A stretch of 64,000 bases of DNA from Thalassomonas sp. RHCl1 (lineage in GTDB: Bacteria > Pseudomonadota > Gammaproteobacteria > Enterobacterales > Alteromonadaceae): contig NZ_CANDNZ010000006.1 of NCBI RefSeq assembly GCF_947387555.1, positions 91,482 to 155,481 on the forward strand. The letters run 5' to 3'. Shown here piece after piece: positions 18,403 through 28,600 of the stretch. The position numbers and the translations under genes are program-made. Under the pieces are notes generated by a model that saw only the letters and a program-made list of their open reading frames with translations, searched no databases and had not been told where the DNA came from. Within the stretch, counting starts at the first letter, position 1. Each line of letters starts with the position of its first letter.

Positions 18403-18792
18403 ATGTTTTTTAAGCAAGGTAAGATAATTATCACGCTCTTTATGCTGCTGGCCTTTACCGGTCAGGCGCTGGCGTATAATGCCGAGCCTTGTACTATGCA
18501 TGAACCTGCCCCGCAAAGATCTGCCGAGCTGAGCATGCCTGATGGACAAGCCATGAGTATGCAAAGCGGGCATGAGCAGCATTTAGCGTCCCACAGCCAT
18601 GAAACTATGGCACCAGATGATTGTCAGAATACCTGCTGTTGCCCCATGGGCAGTTGCGTTAGTGCAGCGCTTACCTCTGAAACATCAACTATTGGTGAGT
18701 TGTTTATCAACTCAGCTAAAATCAGCCTGGGGAATAATTTGCTGTTAAGTCGTTACCCAGCTTCCCTTTACCGCCCTCCGATACTGAGTTAA
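18403..18792 (+). CDS. Small secreted Met/His/Cys-rich protein upstream of copA (putative copper-binding or cop-associated protein)
   Basis: Signal peptide, then HEPAPQ...MPDGQAMSMQSGHEQHLASHSHETMAPDDCQNTCCCPMGSC. Its position immediately upstream of copABCD supports a copper link. Confidence 0.45.
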   Translation: MFFKQGKIIITLFMLLAFTGQALAYNAEPCTMHEPAPQRSAELSMPDGQAMSMQSGHEQHLASHSHETMAPDDCQNTCCCPMGSCVSAALTSETSTIGELFINSAKISLGNNLLLSRYPASLYRPPILS

Positions 18793-18943
18793 CGGGGCAG
18801 ATCCGTCCGTTTTTCGGCGGCTGCCCGATTTTGAACTTTAATTAAAGCAGTAATTATCGTTGAGATAACTTTTACTAAAGTCTTAACTCAAGCACGGCAT
18901 CTTGTCTGAATTTTTCAGCAGGCCGTAGCTATTTGGAGGCAGT

Positions 18944-20767
18944 ATGTTTGCCAAAAATAAAGCGATCAGCCCTTTGGGGTTGTCGCGCAGAAGGTTTGTG
19001 CTCGGGGCCGGCAGCGCCCTGCTGCTAACCGCTATCCCCTTTTCGAAAAAAACCTTGGCCGGGGCCGTTAGCCGCGGGCTCACCACCTTGTCCGGCAAAG
19101 TTTTTGACTTAAGCCTGGATTATAAAACCGTCAACTTTACCGGCAGCGAACGCCTGGCCACGGTGATCAACCAGACCTTGCCTGGCCCTGTGCTGCGCTG
19201 GAAGGAGGGGGAAACCGTCACCTTAAGGGTAAAAAATAACCTGGCGGAAACCAGCTCACTGCACTGGCACGGCCTGATCCTGGAGAGTGCGATGGACGGT
19301 GTACCCGGCATCAGCTTTGACGGCATCAAGCCGGGGGAAACCTTTGAATATAAGTTCAAGGTGCAGCAAAGCGGTACTTACTGGTATCACAGCCACTCGG
19401 GCTTCCAGGAGCAAACCGGCATGTACGGCGCTATCGTCATTGACCCACAGGAGCCGGACCCGGTGGCGTATGACAATGAGTATGTGGTGATGCTCACCGA
19501 CTGGACCGATGAAGATCCCACGGATGTTTACGCCAAGCTGAAAAAAATGTCCGGTTATTACAATTTCAGCGAGCGCACCGCTGGCGATTTGCTGGATGAA
19601 ATCAAGAAAAACGGCGTGGTTAATACCTTCAATGCCAGGGCCATGTGGAATAAAGCGCGCATGAGCGACCGGGATCTCTCGGATGTGACCAGCCATACCT
19701 ACACCTATTTAATGAACGGCAATACTCCTGAGCTGGGCTGGCAGGCACTGTTTAATAAAGGTGAAAAGATACGGCTGCGTTTCATTAACGGTGCCGCCAT
19801 GACTATTTTTGATGTCCGGATCCCGGGACTGAAAATGACGGTGGTGGCCAGCGACGGACAAAATATCCAGCCGGTTACCGTGGATGAGTTCCGCATGGGA
19901 GTGGCGGAAACCTATGATGTTATCGTCGAACCGGATAGCGAGCAGGCCTACTGCATCTTTGCCCAGAGCATAGATAGAACCGGTTATGCCGTGGGTAACC
20001 TGACCCCGGATGCTAATGTGATTGCCGAAGTGCCGAAAATGGATACCGCTGCCGTGCTTGGCCATGCGGATATGGGCATGGATATGTCGGCGATGGCGGG
20101 TATGGATCATTCGGCTATGCCTGGTATGAAACAGCCGGAGATGTCCGGCATGAAAAAATCGGGCATGGATCATAGCGGACACCAGATGAAGGATATGGCA
20201 GCCGGTGCTTTAGGCTTGGCGGGCTTTGGCAGTAACAGCGAAATCAAGCATGTGAAGAGTGAGTTTGGCCCGCATGTGGATATGCGCGCCTCCACCCCGA
20301 AAAGTGGTCTTTATGATCCCGGTATCGGATTGAGGCAACACCAAAAAGAGCTGGGCCGCAAGGTGCTCAATTACGGCGATATTGTCGGCCTGCAGCCGAC
20401 GTCGGATCCGCGCGAACCCGGCCGTGAAATTCAGCTGCACCTGACCGGCAATATGAGCCGTTATATGTGGTCGATGAACGGCATTAAATTCGCCGATGCC
20501 GAGCCGTTGCAGCTTAAATACGGCGAACGGCTGCGTATCACCCTGGTCAACGATACCATGATGGCCCACCCCATGCACTTACACGGCATGTGGAGTGAAC
20601 TGGAAACCGGCGAACCCGGTTATATCCCGAAAAAACATACGGTACTGGTACAGCCGGGATCGAAAATCAGTTACCTGGTGAGTGCAGATGCCATGGGCGG
20701 TTGGGCCTATCACTGTCACCTGCTCTATCACATGTTGGGTATGTTCAGAAAAGTCGTGGTCAGTTAA
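18944..20767 (+). CDS. copA: Copper-resistance multicopper oxidase CopA (PcoA)
   Basis: Tat signal SRRRFVLGAGSALL. Copper-ligand motifs HWHGL, HSHSG and C-terminal HCHLLYHMLGM. Met-rich insert MGMDMSAMAGMDHSAMPGMKQPEMSGMKKSGMDHSGHQMKDM. Confidence 0.9.
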   Translation: MFAKNKAISPLGLSRRRFVLGAGSALLLTAIPFSKKTLAGAVSRGLTTLSGKVFDLSLDYKTVNFTGSERLATVINQTLPGPVLRWKEGETVTLRVKNNLAETSSLHWHGLILESAMDGVPGISFDGIKPGETFEYKFKVQQSGTYWYHSHSGFQEQTGMYGAIVIDPQEPDPVAYDNEYVVMLTDWTDEDPTDVYAKLKKMSGYYNFSERTAGDLLDEIKKNGVVNTFNARAMWNKARMSDRDLSDVTSHTYTYLMNGNTPELGWQALFNKGEKIRLRFINGAAMTIFDVRIPGLKMTVVASDGQNIQPVTVDEFRMGVAETYDVIVEPDSEQAYCIFAQSIDRTGYAVGNLTPDANVIAEVPKMDTAAVLGHADMGMDMSAMAGMDHSAMPGMKQPEMSGMKKSGMDHSGHQMKDMAAGALGLAGFGSNSEIKHVKSEFGPHVDMRASTPKSGLYDPGIGLRQHQKELGRKVLNYGDIVGLQPTSDPREPGREIQLHLTGNMSRYMWSMNGIKFADAEPLQLKYGERLRITLVNDTMMAHPMHLHGMWSELETGEPGYIPKKHTVLVQPGSKISYLVSADAMGGWAYHCHLLYHMLGMFRKVVVS

Positions 20768-20777
20768 GGAGTTTGTG

Positions 20778-21485
20778 ATGAAAAAGCAATTAACACTAGT
20801 GTCTTTGGCTTTAGCCGCTGTGCTGGCCAACAGCCCGGTTTATGCGGCAGGCTCGGATGATCCCTTACTGACTAAGGTGATGCTGGATCAGTTTGAAGGC
20901 GATGTGAATAACGACAACGCCACCAGCTGGGCGGCGCAGGCCTGGGCCGGTTATGATCTGGAAAAGCTCTGGATCAAAACCGACGGCGAGCGGGCAAACG
21001 GTAGCACAGAGTCGGCAGAGCTACAGGCCTTATACAGCAAGGCGGTTGCCCCTTACTGGGATCTGCAGTTTGGTTTCCGGCAAGATTTTAAACCTTCCCC
21101 TTCTGCTGAGTGGGCGGTGATTGGTTTCCAGGGACTGGCGCCGTACTTTTTTGAAATGGATAGCGCGCTCTTTATCGGCAAAGAGGGGAAAACCGCACTC
21201 AGGGTAGAGGCGGAATACGAAATCATGCTGACCCAGCAATGGGTATTAAGCCCGGAAATCGAAGTTAACTTCTACGGTAAAAATGACCGGACAACCGGCA
21301 TAGGCTCAGGCTTATCCGACATCGAAGCGGGTCTGCGCCTAAGGTATGAAGTGGTGCGGGAATTTGCTCCCTATATCGGGGTGAACTGGTCGAAAAGTTT
21401 CGGCAATACCGCAGACTTTGCCCGCGCCGAAGGGGAAAGCACCAGTGAAACCCAGCTGGTGCTGGGGTTCAGGGCCTGGTTTTAG
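20778..21485 (+). CDS. copB: Copper-resistance outer-membrane protein CopB (PcoB), short form
   Basis: ATG at 20778 with AAGGA RBS overlapping the copA stop. Signal peptide MKKQLTLVSLALAAVLANSPVYA. C-terminal LVLGFRAWF is a beta-barrel terminal Phe. The position between copA and copC fits CopB. The six-frame ORF starts earlier, at 20682, but that stretch lies inside copA. Confidence 0.8.
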   Translation: MKKQLTLVSLALAAVLANSPVYAAGSDDPLLTKVMLDQFEGDVNNDNATSWAAQAWAGYDLEKLWIKTDGERANGSTESAELQALYSKAVAPYWDLQFGFRQDFKPSPSAEWAVIGFQGLAPYFFEMDSALFIGKEGKTALRVEAEYEIMLTQQWVLSPEIEVNFYGKNDRTTGIGSGLSDIEAGLRLRYEVVREFAPYIGVNWSKSFGNTADFARAEGESTSETQLVLGFRAWF

Positions 21486-21540
21486 CAACAGATATCGTTA
21501 ACAACACAACAATCTAACAATTAAATTAGAGAAGAATTTT

Positions 21541-21942
21541 ATGAAAGTATTCAAAGTATTAACAGTAATGATTTTAGTAACCCTAAGCACTCTGGCTGCG
21601 GCCCACTCCAAACTGAAGGCTTCTATGCCCGCCAACGGCGCCATGCTGAATCACCCGCCGCAAGTAGTATCGCTGGAATTTGTCTCCGATGTCCGCCTGG
21701 TGAAATTAAAGCTGACGGATGAAGCCGGCAAAACCATTAAACTCGGCAGCAAACCGGATAAGGGCTTTGGCAGTAAGTTTCAATTGCCTGTGCCTGATTT
21801 GGCCGTGGGCAGTTACCAGGTGAACTGGCTGGCCATGGGTAAAGATGCCCATAAAATGACCGGTGAATTCAGCTTTATGGTGCATAGCAGCTCGAAAAAA
21901 CGTACCACAGACGACGGTCACAGTAACCACAATCACGAGTAA
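21541..21942 (+). CDS. copC: Periplasmic copper-binding protein CopC
   Basis: Signal peptide followed by mature N-terminus HSKLKASMPANGAMLN (CopC H-x-L-x-S-x-P signature). C-terminal His-rich tail DDGHSNHNHE. Confidence 0.85.
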   Translation: MKVFKVLTVMILVTLSTLAAAHSKLKASMPANGAMLNHPPQVVSLEFVSDVRLVKLKLTDEAGKTIKLGSKPDKGFGSKFQLPVPDLAVGSYQVNWLAMGKDAHKMTGEFSFMVHSSSKKRTTDDGHSNHNHE

Positions 21943-21967
21943 TGGCCGTTTGATGTGAGGAAGTATT

Positions 21968-22882
21968 ATGGAACTCACTGTTTGGGACTATAGCAACCTG
22001 GTTTCCAAATGGCTGATTTATATCGGGGTGGCCGCAGCGGTCGGCGGCCCCTTTATTGCGGCTTTAATTAAACCTGCCAGCCAGGTCAAGGCGGTGATCG
22101 AGTATGTGGTGCTGGGTATTATGCTCGGTATTGTCGCGGTGATCGCCAACTTCTTTATCCAGGTAGGCGCATTTGCCGAAGCAGGATTTGGCGGCATGTT
22201 TGATGGTGAATTGATCGACTTGTTGTGGCAAAGCCCGGTGGGAGATTCGGTGTTCTGGCGCCTGAGCGGCTTTACGCTGTTAGTGTTCGGTGTATGGATA
22301 ACAGGCAGGTTTACGGAGAAGTCCCGGGCCGGATTGCAGAAAATGCAGGGCCAACTTATGGCGGCCTTTTATATTTTCGCCCTGCCGGTCCTGGCTTATT
22401 CCTTTACCTTTATCGGTCATAATGCCGATATCGGCGGGATTGCCAAGTGGTTGATAGCCTTTCATGTCCTGGCCCTTGCCTGGTGGATAGGGGCTTTATA
22501 TCCCTTGTGGCTCAGCTGTCGGATATTAGAGCAAAAAGCCCTGTACGCCCTGATGCACCTATTTGGCCGGCTTGCCATGGTGATTGTCGGGATTTTATTG
22601 ATTTCCGGGGTTAGCTTGCTGGTAATGTTTATGGACAGTCCGGCGGAATTAATCACCACCCCTTATGGCCAGCTGATGCTGTTAAAACTTTTGCTGGTCT
22701 CGGCAATTTTATTGATGGCCGCCTGGCATAAATTTCATTTAGTACCTGCGGTTCATCACGGCAAAAAGCAGGACTGTCAACATCTGCAAAAATCGATCTC
22801 GGTTGAGATCTGGGTGGCGGCGGTGATTTTGGCGGTTACCTCAGTGTTATCTACGGTAATGGGACCGGCCAATCTGGCCTGA
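21968..22882 (+). CDS. copD: Copper-resistance inner-membrane protein CopD
   Basis: Polytopic membrane protein of about 8 TM, 304 aa, immediately after copC. This is the canonical copABCD order. Confidence 0.8.
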   Translation: MELTVWDYSNLVSKWLIYIGVAAAVGGPFIAALIKPASQVKAVIEYVVLGIMLGIVAVIANFFIQVGAFAEAGFGGMFDGELIDLLWQSPVGDSVFWRLSGFTLLVFGVWITGRFTEKSRAGLQKMQGQLMAAFYIFALPVLAYSFTFIGHNADIGGIAKWLIAFHVLALAWWIGALYPLWLSCRILEQKALYALMHLFGRLAMVIVGILLISGVSLLVMFMDSPAELITTPYGQLMLLKLLLVSAILLMAAWHKFHLVPAVHHGKKQDCQHLQKSISVEIWVAAVILAVTSVLSTVMGPANLA

Positions 22883-22933
22883 CTTCATTTACCGTTACTT
22901 ATATAAAAACAGAGAAAATAAACAGGAAAAATA

Positions 22934-23425
22934 ATGAATAAACTAACTAAGAAATTTAGCCTATTGCTGCTGTTCGTGAGCACTTTATTGATGCAAACCA
23001 GTGTTTTTGCCCATGGCAAAGAGCATCATAACAATAAACCTGCATTGTTCAGCGGCTTGGGTAGTGAAGCAGCCAAGGTGGTCAAAACCTTTCACCGGGC
23101 ATTGCAAACCGGTGATGAGCAAACGGCCCGGGATTTATTGGCAGATGATGTACTGATTTTTGAAGGAGGCCGGGTAGAGCGCTCGGCGCAGCAATATGCC
23201 AGCCATCATATGAAAGCGGATATCCAGTATCTGAAGTCGTTGCAGATAAAACCGCTGGAACACCAGGTGCAGGTATCCGGCGATACCGCTGTTTCCATGT
23301 ACCGCGGCCAGATCACCGGTAGCTATAACAGTAAAGCGGTTGATCGGCAAAGCATGGAAACCCTGGTATTAAAGAAACACAAGGGCGGCAGCTGGAAGAT
23401 CACTAAAATTCACTGGTCTGGCTGA
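22934..23425 (+). CDS. Secreted SnoaL-like/DUF4440 (NTF2-fold) protein with a His-rich N-terminus
   Basis: Signal peptide MNKLTKKFSLLLLFVSTLLMQTSVFA. HGKEHHNNKP. NTF2-like pattern ending ...GSWKITKIHWS. Confidence 0.45.
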   Translation: MNKLTKKFSLLLLFVSTLLMQTSVFAHGKEHHNNKPALFSGLGSEAAKVVKTFHRALQTGDEQTARDLLADDVLIFEGGRVERSAQQYASHHMKADIQYLKSLQIKPLEHQVQVSGDTAVSMYRGQITGSYNSKAVDRQSMETLVLKKHKGGSWKITKIHWSG

Positions 23426-23461
23426 TATCGGCTTTTGCGATTGTTGAAGCTACTTTAGCTT

Positions 23462-23505
23462 AAAAAGCCCCTTTAATTGCCATTAAAGGGGCTTTTTATT
23501 TTTCT
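23462..23505 (+). terminator. Rho-independent terminator
   Basis: AAAAGCCCCTTTAAT, loop TGCC, ATTAAAGGGGCTTTT, then a T-run. Confidence 0.65.
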
Positions 23506-23625
23506 GGTTCATATATGCACCACTGTGACCTGTTTTTTGCTGTATCTGTGTATTTATAGACCGAATATACTGGCCCCATATCGATGTTTTACCATCCGGG
23601 TACCGACATTCGTGAGGAGCAAGTT

Positions 23626-24159
23626 ATGAAATTAAACAGAACAGTAATTATCAACAAACCGGTTAACAAGGTCTGGCAGGTGGCGGCAGAAGATTTTGCC
23701 AATGCTTATAAATGGATGACCGGCGTGGTGCACTCATACGAGACTCCGGCTGCTAAGCAAGCTGGCGATGCTTTGCCGGGCCGCATCTGTTACCTGGAAA
23801 ATAAAGAGAACCCGTTTCATGCGGTAGAAAATATCCTTAGCTTTGATGCTGATAACCACAGGCTCGAATTTGAAATTTTTCCGGTGAAAACGTCCGGCGG
23901 CGATATTCCGATTATAAAAAACCATGTGGTGATGCAGTTTAAGTCGACCCCGGATGGCGGCACTCAGGTATTTTGGGATTGTAATGTCGAGCTTAAGTTA
24001 CTGGGTAAAATCTTATATCCGTTGTTAAAACTCGGTTTAAACAAAGGTTTTGACGGCATATTAAATGATCTGAAAGTTTATGTGGAAACCGGTCAGGTGA
24101 GCGCGAAAAAGAAAAAATTTGATAAAAAAATTGGTCCTCTTAAAATCGCCACCGTTTGA
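23626..24159 (+). CDS. SRPBCC (START/Bet v1-like, polyketide-cyclase-like) family protein
   Basis: MKLNRTVIINKPVNKVWQVAAEDFANAYKWM is the typical SRPBCC N-terminus. GAGGAG RBS before ATG at 23626. The six-frame ORF begins at 23584. Confidence 0.55.
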   Translation: MKLNRTVIINKPVNKVWQVAAEDFANAYKWMTGVVHSYETPAAKQAGDALPGRICYLENKENPFHAVENILSFDADNHRLEFEIFPVKTSGGDIPIIKNHVVMQFKSTPDGGTQVFWDCNVELKLLGKILYPLLKLGLNKGFDGILNDLKVYVETGQVSAKKKKFDKKIGPLKIATV

Positions 24160-24265
24160 AGCCTGAGCAGAAAAGATGATCATAAGACAATCAAAACAGC
24201 CGCTTGTGCCTGCTGCGAACTCACCGCGGATATGCCTTAATGCTCTTCTGATAAAGCGATCTAAG

Positions 24266-25486
24266 TTATATTTTCAACCTTTTCACTAATAAAGGGTTGG
24301 TGGTGGCTTGCACAATCAGGGTAAATAAGACTACGCCAAAACCTATGGATTGAATGGTCCACCAGTAGGGCAGCTCGGTAGGCAGCGACAGCACCAGGGC
24401 TATGGTGACGGCACCGCGCAGGCCACCCCAGATCATGATCGGCGGGTACCTGGGATCTATGGTTTGTCCCAGGGTAAATCTGTTCAAGCTGGTGGAGCTA
24501 TAAACGGCAATAAAGCGTGCCACCGTAGCGGCGATCACCGCAAGCCCTATCGCCAGCCAGCGCTCGGTGAACATGTCGACAGAAACCACCAGTCCCAATA
24601 AGACAAAGACGAAGACGTTGGCGATAAAACCGATAGACTCCCAGATACTGTGAAGTTCATCTTCCACCGGGGTGAGGGCTTGTTGGCCGAGCCTTTTAAA
24701 GGCGATGGCGGCAAATAATACCGCGACTATGCCGGAAACATGGAAAAAGTGCTCGCCGATATAAAAACTGCCGTAGGCCAATACCAGGGAAACCAGCACC
24801 AGGGCCGGCACGTTAACCGCCAATAACCTGAGGGAAAAAGCAAACATGCAGCCCATCAGCATGCCGACTAAAATGCCGCCGAAGAATATTTTCAAGAACT
24901 GGACTAAACCCGAGATCACGTCCGGTTCAGCGGCGCCTATGCCGATACTGACCAGGATAGTAAACAGGGCGATGGCCGTGGCATCGTTAAATAAGCTTTC
25001 TCCTTCAATTAGCACATTCAGCTCAGCCGGCGCTTTCAGGGCTTTTAATTGCGCCACCACTGCCACTGGATCTGTGGCGGAAACCACGGCACCGGTGATC
25101 AGGGCGGCGATAAAGGGAAATCCCGGGTGTCCTATGCCGTAAAAAAGTAATACGGCAGTCAGCACAGTTGATAACAGCAAACCTATAGTGGCCAGGGTCA
25201 GTACGTTCGGCAGGAATTTAAATAATAGCTTGCTGTCCAACACAAAGGCTGCTTCAAAAATCAATACCGGCAGCAGTACAAACAGCATCAGATCCTGGAA
25301 GTTGCTGGCCCGGATGCCGCTGTCCCAGTCAAAGATTTCTATGGAGAAAGACAGGATAAACCCCAGCAGCACCAGGGCCAGGGAATAAGGGATTTTTATT
25401 ACACGTATCACCATCAGACCGGTTATGCCGGTCACGGCGAAAATCAGCACAACACCTATGATTTCAATAGCTGTCATATCTTCCAT
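24266..25486 (-). CDS. Na+/H+ (cation:proton) antiporter, CPA1/NhaP-type
   Basis: 406 aa, 11-12 TM helices. Motifs such as ATDPVAV and GESLFNDATAIALF are characteristic of NhaP/CPA1 exchangers. Confidence 0.8.
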   Translation of the reverse strand: MEDMTAIEIIGVVLIFAVTGITGLMVIRVIKIPYSLALVLLGFILSFSIEIFDWDSGIRASNFQDLMLFVLLPVLIFEAAFVLDSKLLFKFLPNVLTLATIGLLLSTVLTAVLLFYGIGHPGFPFIAALITGAVVSATDPVAVVAQLKALKAPAELNVLIEGESLFNDATAIALFTILVSIGIGAAEPDVISGLVQFLKIFFGGILVGMLMGCMFAFSLRLLAVNVPALVLVSLVLAYGSFYIGEHFFHVSGIVAVLFAAIAFKRLGQQALTPVEDELHSIWESIGFIANVFVFVLLGLVVSVDMFTERWLAIGLAVIAATVARFIAVYSSTSLNRFTLGQTIDPRYPPIMIWGGLRGAVTIALVLSLPTELPYWWTIQSIGFGVVLFTLIVQATTNPLLVKRLKI

Positions 25487-25658
25487 CCAAGCACATGGTA
25501 AAGAAGACCTTCTTTCAGCGAAATATTGAATGTGTATTAGTGTAGCTCTTGCTGATAAAAGTGTGAGTTTATATCCGCTTGTGGAGGAAAGCTTGGCAGG
25601 CAGGTTCCCGCCAGGCGTTTAGACCCGGCGGGGAGGAGGAGTGCTTTTCCTTTAACTA

Positions 25659-28600
25659 TCAGTCCTGTATTAATTCATCCGAACTGTTTTCTCTGTCCTG
25701 CACCAGTTCCCGGCTGATTTTCTGAATTTCACTGGTGGCGCTGCGCACTGGCTGTCCCGGTTTAACCTCCAGTGTTTTCAGGGTTTCCACCAGGGCGCTG
25801 TCCAGAGCCTGGTTGTTTTGCAAGGTCGTGACCAGGGGAGTCAGGAAAGCCTCCATTTTTTCGCTGAATATCGCCAGAGTTTTTTCCAGCTCGGCATTGT
25901 TGCCGGCTTCTGCTTTTTGGCCGTTTAATTGGCTGGCCAGTGCCGACAATGACTGACTTATCTGCTCCAAACCGTCTGATTTTGGCTGCTCCAGGGCGCT
26001 GCCTATCTGGCCCAGGCCCTGCTGCAATAACGAAATCTGGCTGGCAATCGAAGCCAGCGGATCATCGCCGCTGCCCAGGTTCTGGTGGCGGACATAATCG
26101 TTTTTGATTTGCTGCCAGCGCTGCTCTTGTTCATCCGTTAACGTTTCTCTTAGTTCCGCCAGTTTTAACAGGTTTTCTTCCGCGCCTACCGTCAGGGTTT
26201 GTGCTTCGCCGCGGTAATGATCTGCAATCAGCAGTTCCAGCTCTTCATCCGTCATCACCGGCACCACTTTTTCCGCCATCTTGTTCATATTGCGGTAGCT
26301 GCCCTGTAATTTAAACGGCGGTTCCACTCGGTATTTATCATCCTGGGCGGCGGAGGCAATATATTGTTCGTTGGCCTTAAGTACGGTTTGCTGGATTTTA
26401 CGGATGCGCTGGATCACCGCGATGATCTCGTTCACTTCCGCCTGGGAATAACCGTGTTTGAGTTCGGTGATCGGCAGCGGTTCGCCGTCGGCCATTTTTA
26501 CCAGTTGGTAGAGGTCGTCCATATCCCGGGTGGCCAGCGGCGCGATATAGCTGTTGCTGGTTAAGCTGTTTTCGATAAAGCTCAACGAGAACTCATGTTC
26601 ACGGCCGCTTAAGGTGTCACCCAGGTTATAGATGTCGGCGCGGTTGGCGAGCATATCCGGGATGGTAAAGGCTTCGCCGGATTCGGTATAAGGGTTACCC
26701 GCCATGACTACGGCAAACTTTTTGCCGCGCATGTCATAGGTTTTGCTTTCGCCGTTCCAGACGCCGTCTACTCGCCTTGAGCCGTCACACAGGGAAATAA
26801 ATTTCTGCAAAAACTCCGGGTTGGTATGTTGGATATCATCCAGGTAGAGCATAACATTATTGCCCATCTCAAACGCCAGGTTGATTTTTTCTACTTCGCT
26901 GCGGGCGGTGGAGTTATTGGCCTGGGCGGGATCCAGGGACAACTGCTCATGGCCGATAGACGGACAGTTGACCTTGACGAAGGTCATACCGAGCTTGCTG
27001 GCGACATATTCTATCAAGGTGGTTTTACCGTATCCCGGCGGCGAGATCATTAATAACAAACCCATGAGATCCGAGCGTTTATTATTGCCGGCGGCGCCGA
27101 TCTGTTTGGCCAGGTTAGTGCCGATAATAGGGAAATAGACGTCGTTGATCAGTTTGTTGCGGACAAAAGACGACAGTGCCCCCGGTTTGAACTCCTGCAG
27201 GCGCAAGCGCTGGCGTTGCTCGGCTAATATCTGCTGTTTCAGCTGGTGGAATCGGGTAAAAGCCGGTACTTGCTCGTTGGTAAAGTTTCTCAGCCGGGCA
27301 ATAAATTCCTGGTAGCTAAATGCCAGTACCTGCTCCTTGATGCGGCCATGTTGCCCCAATAAACCTTTGACCATACCCGAGGTATTGGCGCTGGAGTCAT
27401 AAAATTTCAACGGCTCTTTCAGCGTCATCAGGCTGGCACCTTCAAGGATTAATTCCTGATCGGCATCAATATCCTGATGCCCGGCAAACGAGGTTAACCA
27501 GGCAAGGTGCAGTTTCATTTTCTGCTCCAGGCTGCTGCATCCGGCCAGGGCCGATTGCAGTTGCTGCTCCAGGCTTTTATGTTTGAGCTGGTTTTGTAAC
27601 TGATTTACCAGGCTTTTTGCGGCTTCACGGATCACGTATTGCTGTTTGCCGTCGGCAAATTCATTGATCAGATAATCTGCGGCTAAACGGCTGTCGCAGG
27701 CCAGCCAATTTTGCTCTGTGATCAGCTCGGTTAAGGCTTGAGCCAGTTCATCGCTCAGCTGGGCGCGCAGCTCACTGCTACCGAAAGTTTGCTCCATCAA
27801 ATAGAGGTTGTGACAGCGGTTAACTAATTGCTGGCGTGCCTCATCATTGAGCCCGGTTGCCATATAAACCCATGCCAGGCGGCGCTCGGCCGCGGCATAG
27901 GCTAGCAGGCCTACCGATTGGCGTAAGGCCAGTAATTCGCTCAGGATCAGGCTGGCATCGGCGTCGTGCACCCCTTTGTCATAACCTTCCTGGTATCTGG
28001 GCTCAGCGGCTTTTCGCACCAGCTCGGTTAAAGTGTTTTCTTTTGCCGCACCAAGCAGAGTATCTATGCCGGTGCTGCCTTTGGCTTCGGCCTCGAATAA
28101 GATACTTGCTGCCAGGTATTCGCCGCGGTAAACCTCGGGGCTTTCTGAGATCAGCTCCTGCTGCCATAAATGCTCGGTGCCGGCAAAAAGCTCAGGCGCT
28201 AACGGTTCAAAATAGTCGGTGCCGCTGATATGCAGCACCATAGATTGTTCCCTGGGCAGTAAGGTCAGTTCCAGCTTTTGCCGGTTGACGGAGAACTGGT
28301 GTTCGCCGATTTTTACCAGGCTGCCGTCGGCGGAATAAATATCGGTTTTGTCGCGCAAGGCACGTATGCCCTGCTCTTTGGCGTTTTTCAGTTGGGCGTC
28401 GACATCGTCGGCACGCACGTTATCGTCCAGATCCCGCAACTGCTCCGTCAGCTGTCTTAATTTCGCCACCATAGGGTCGGCGGCAAAATAGCTGTTGAGC
28501 TTATTAACGTCGTTAAAGTCCTGGCTGCGGCGGTTGATGCCTTCGAGGATACGGTCGGCGGCGGTTTTCAGGTTTAAACAGCGTCTTTGCTGGGCATCCA

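Noticed and set aside
20682-20777. Upstream extension of the copB ORF (six-frame start at 20682)
   Set aside because: The extension overlaps the end of copA in another frame. An internal ATG at 20778 with an AAGGA RBS and a signal peptide gives the real start.
19120-20830. Cluster of minus-strand ORFs (up to 157 aa, His/Arg-rich) overlapping copA
   Set aside because: These are shadow ORFs of the GC-rich, Met/His-codon-rich copA coding sequence. copA itself has overwhelming motif support.
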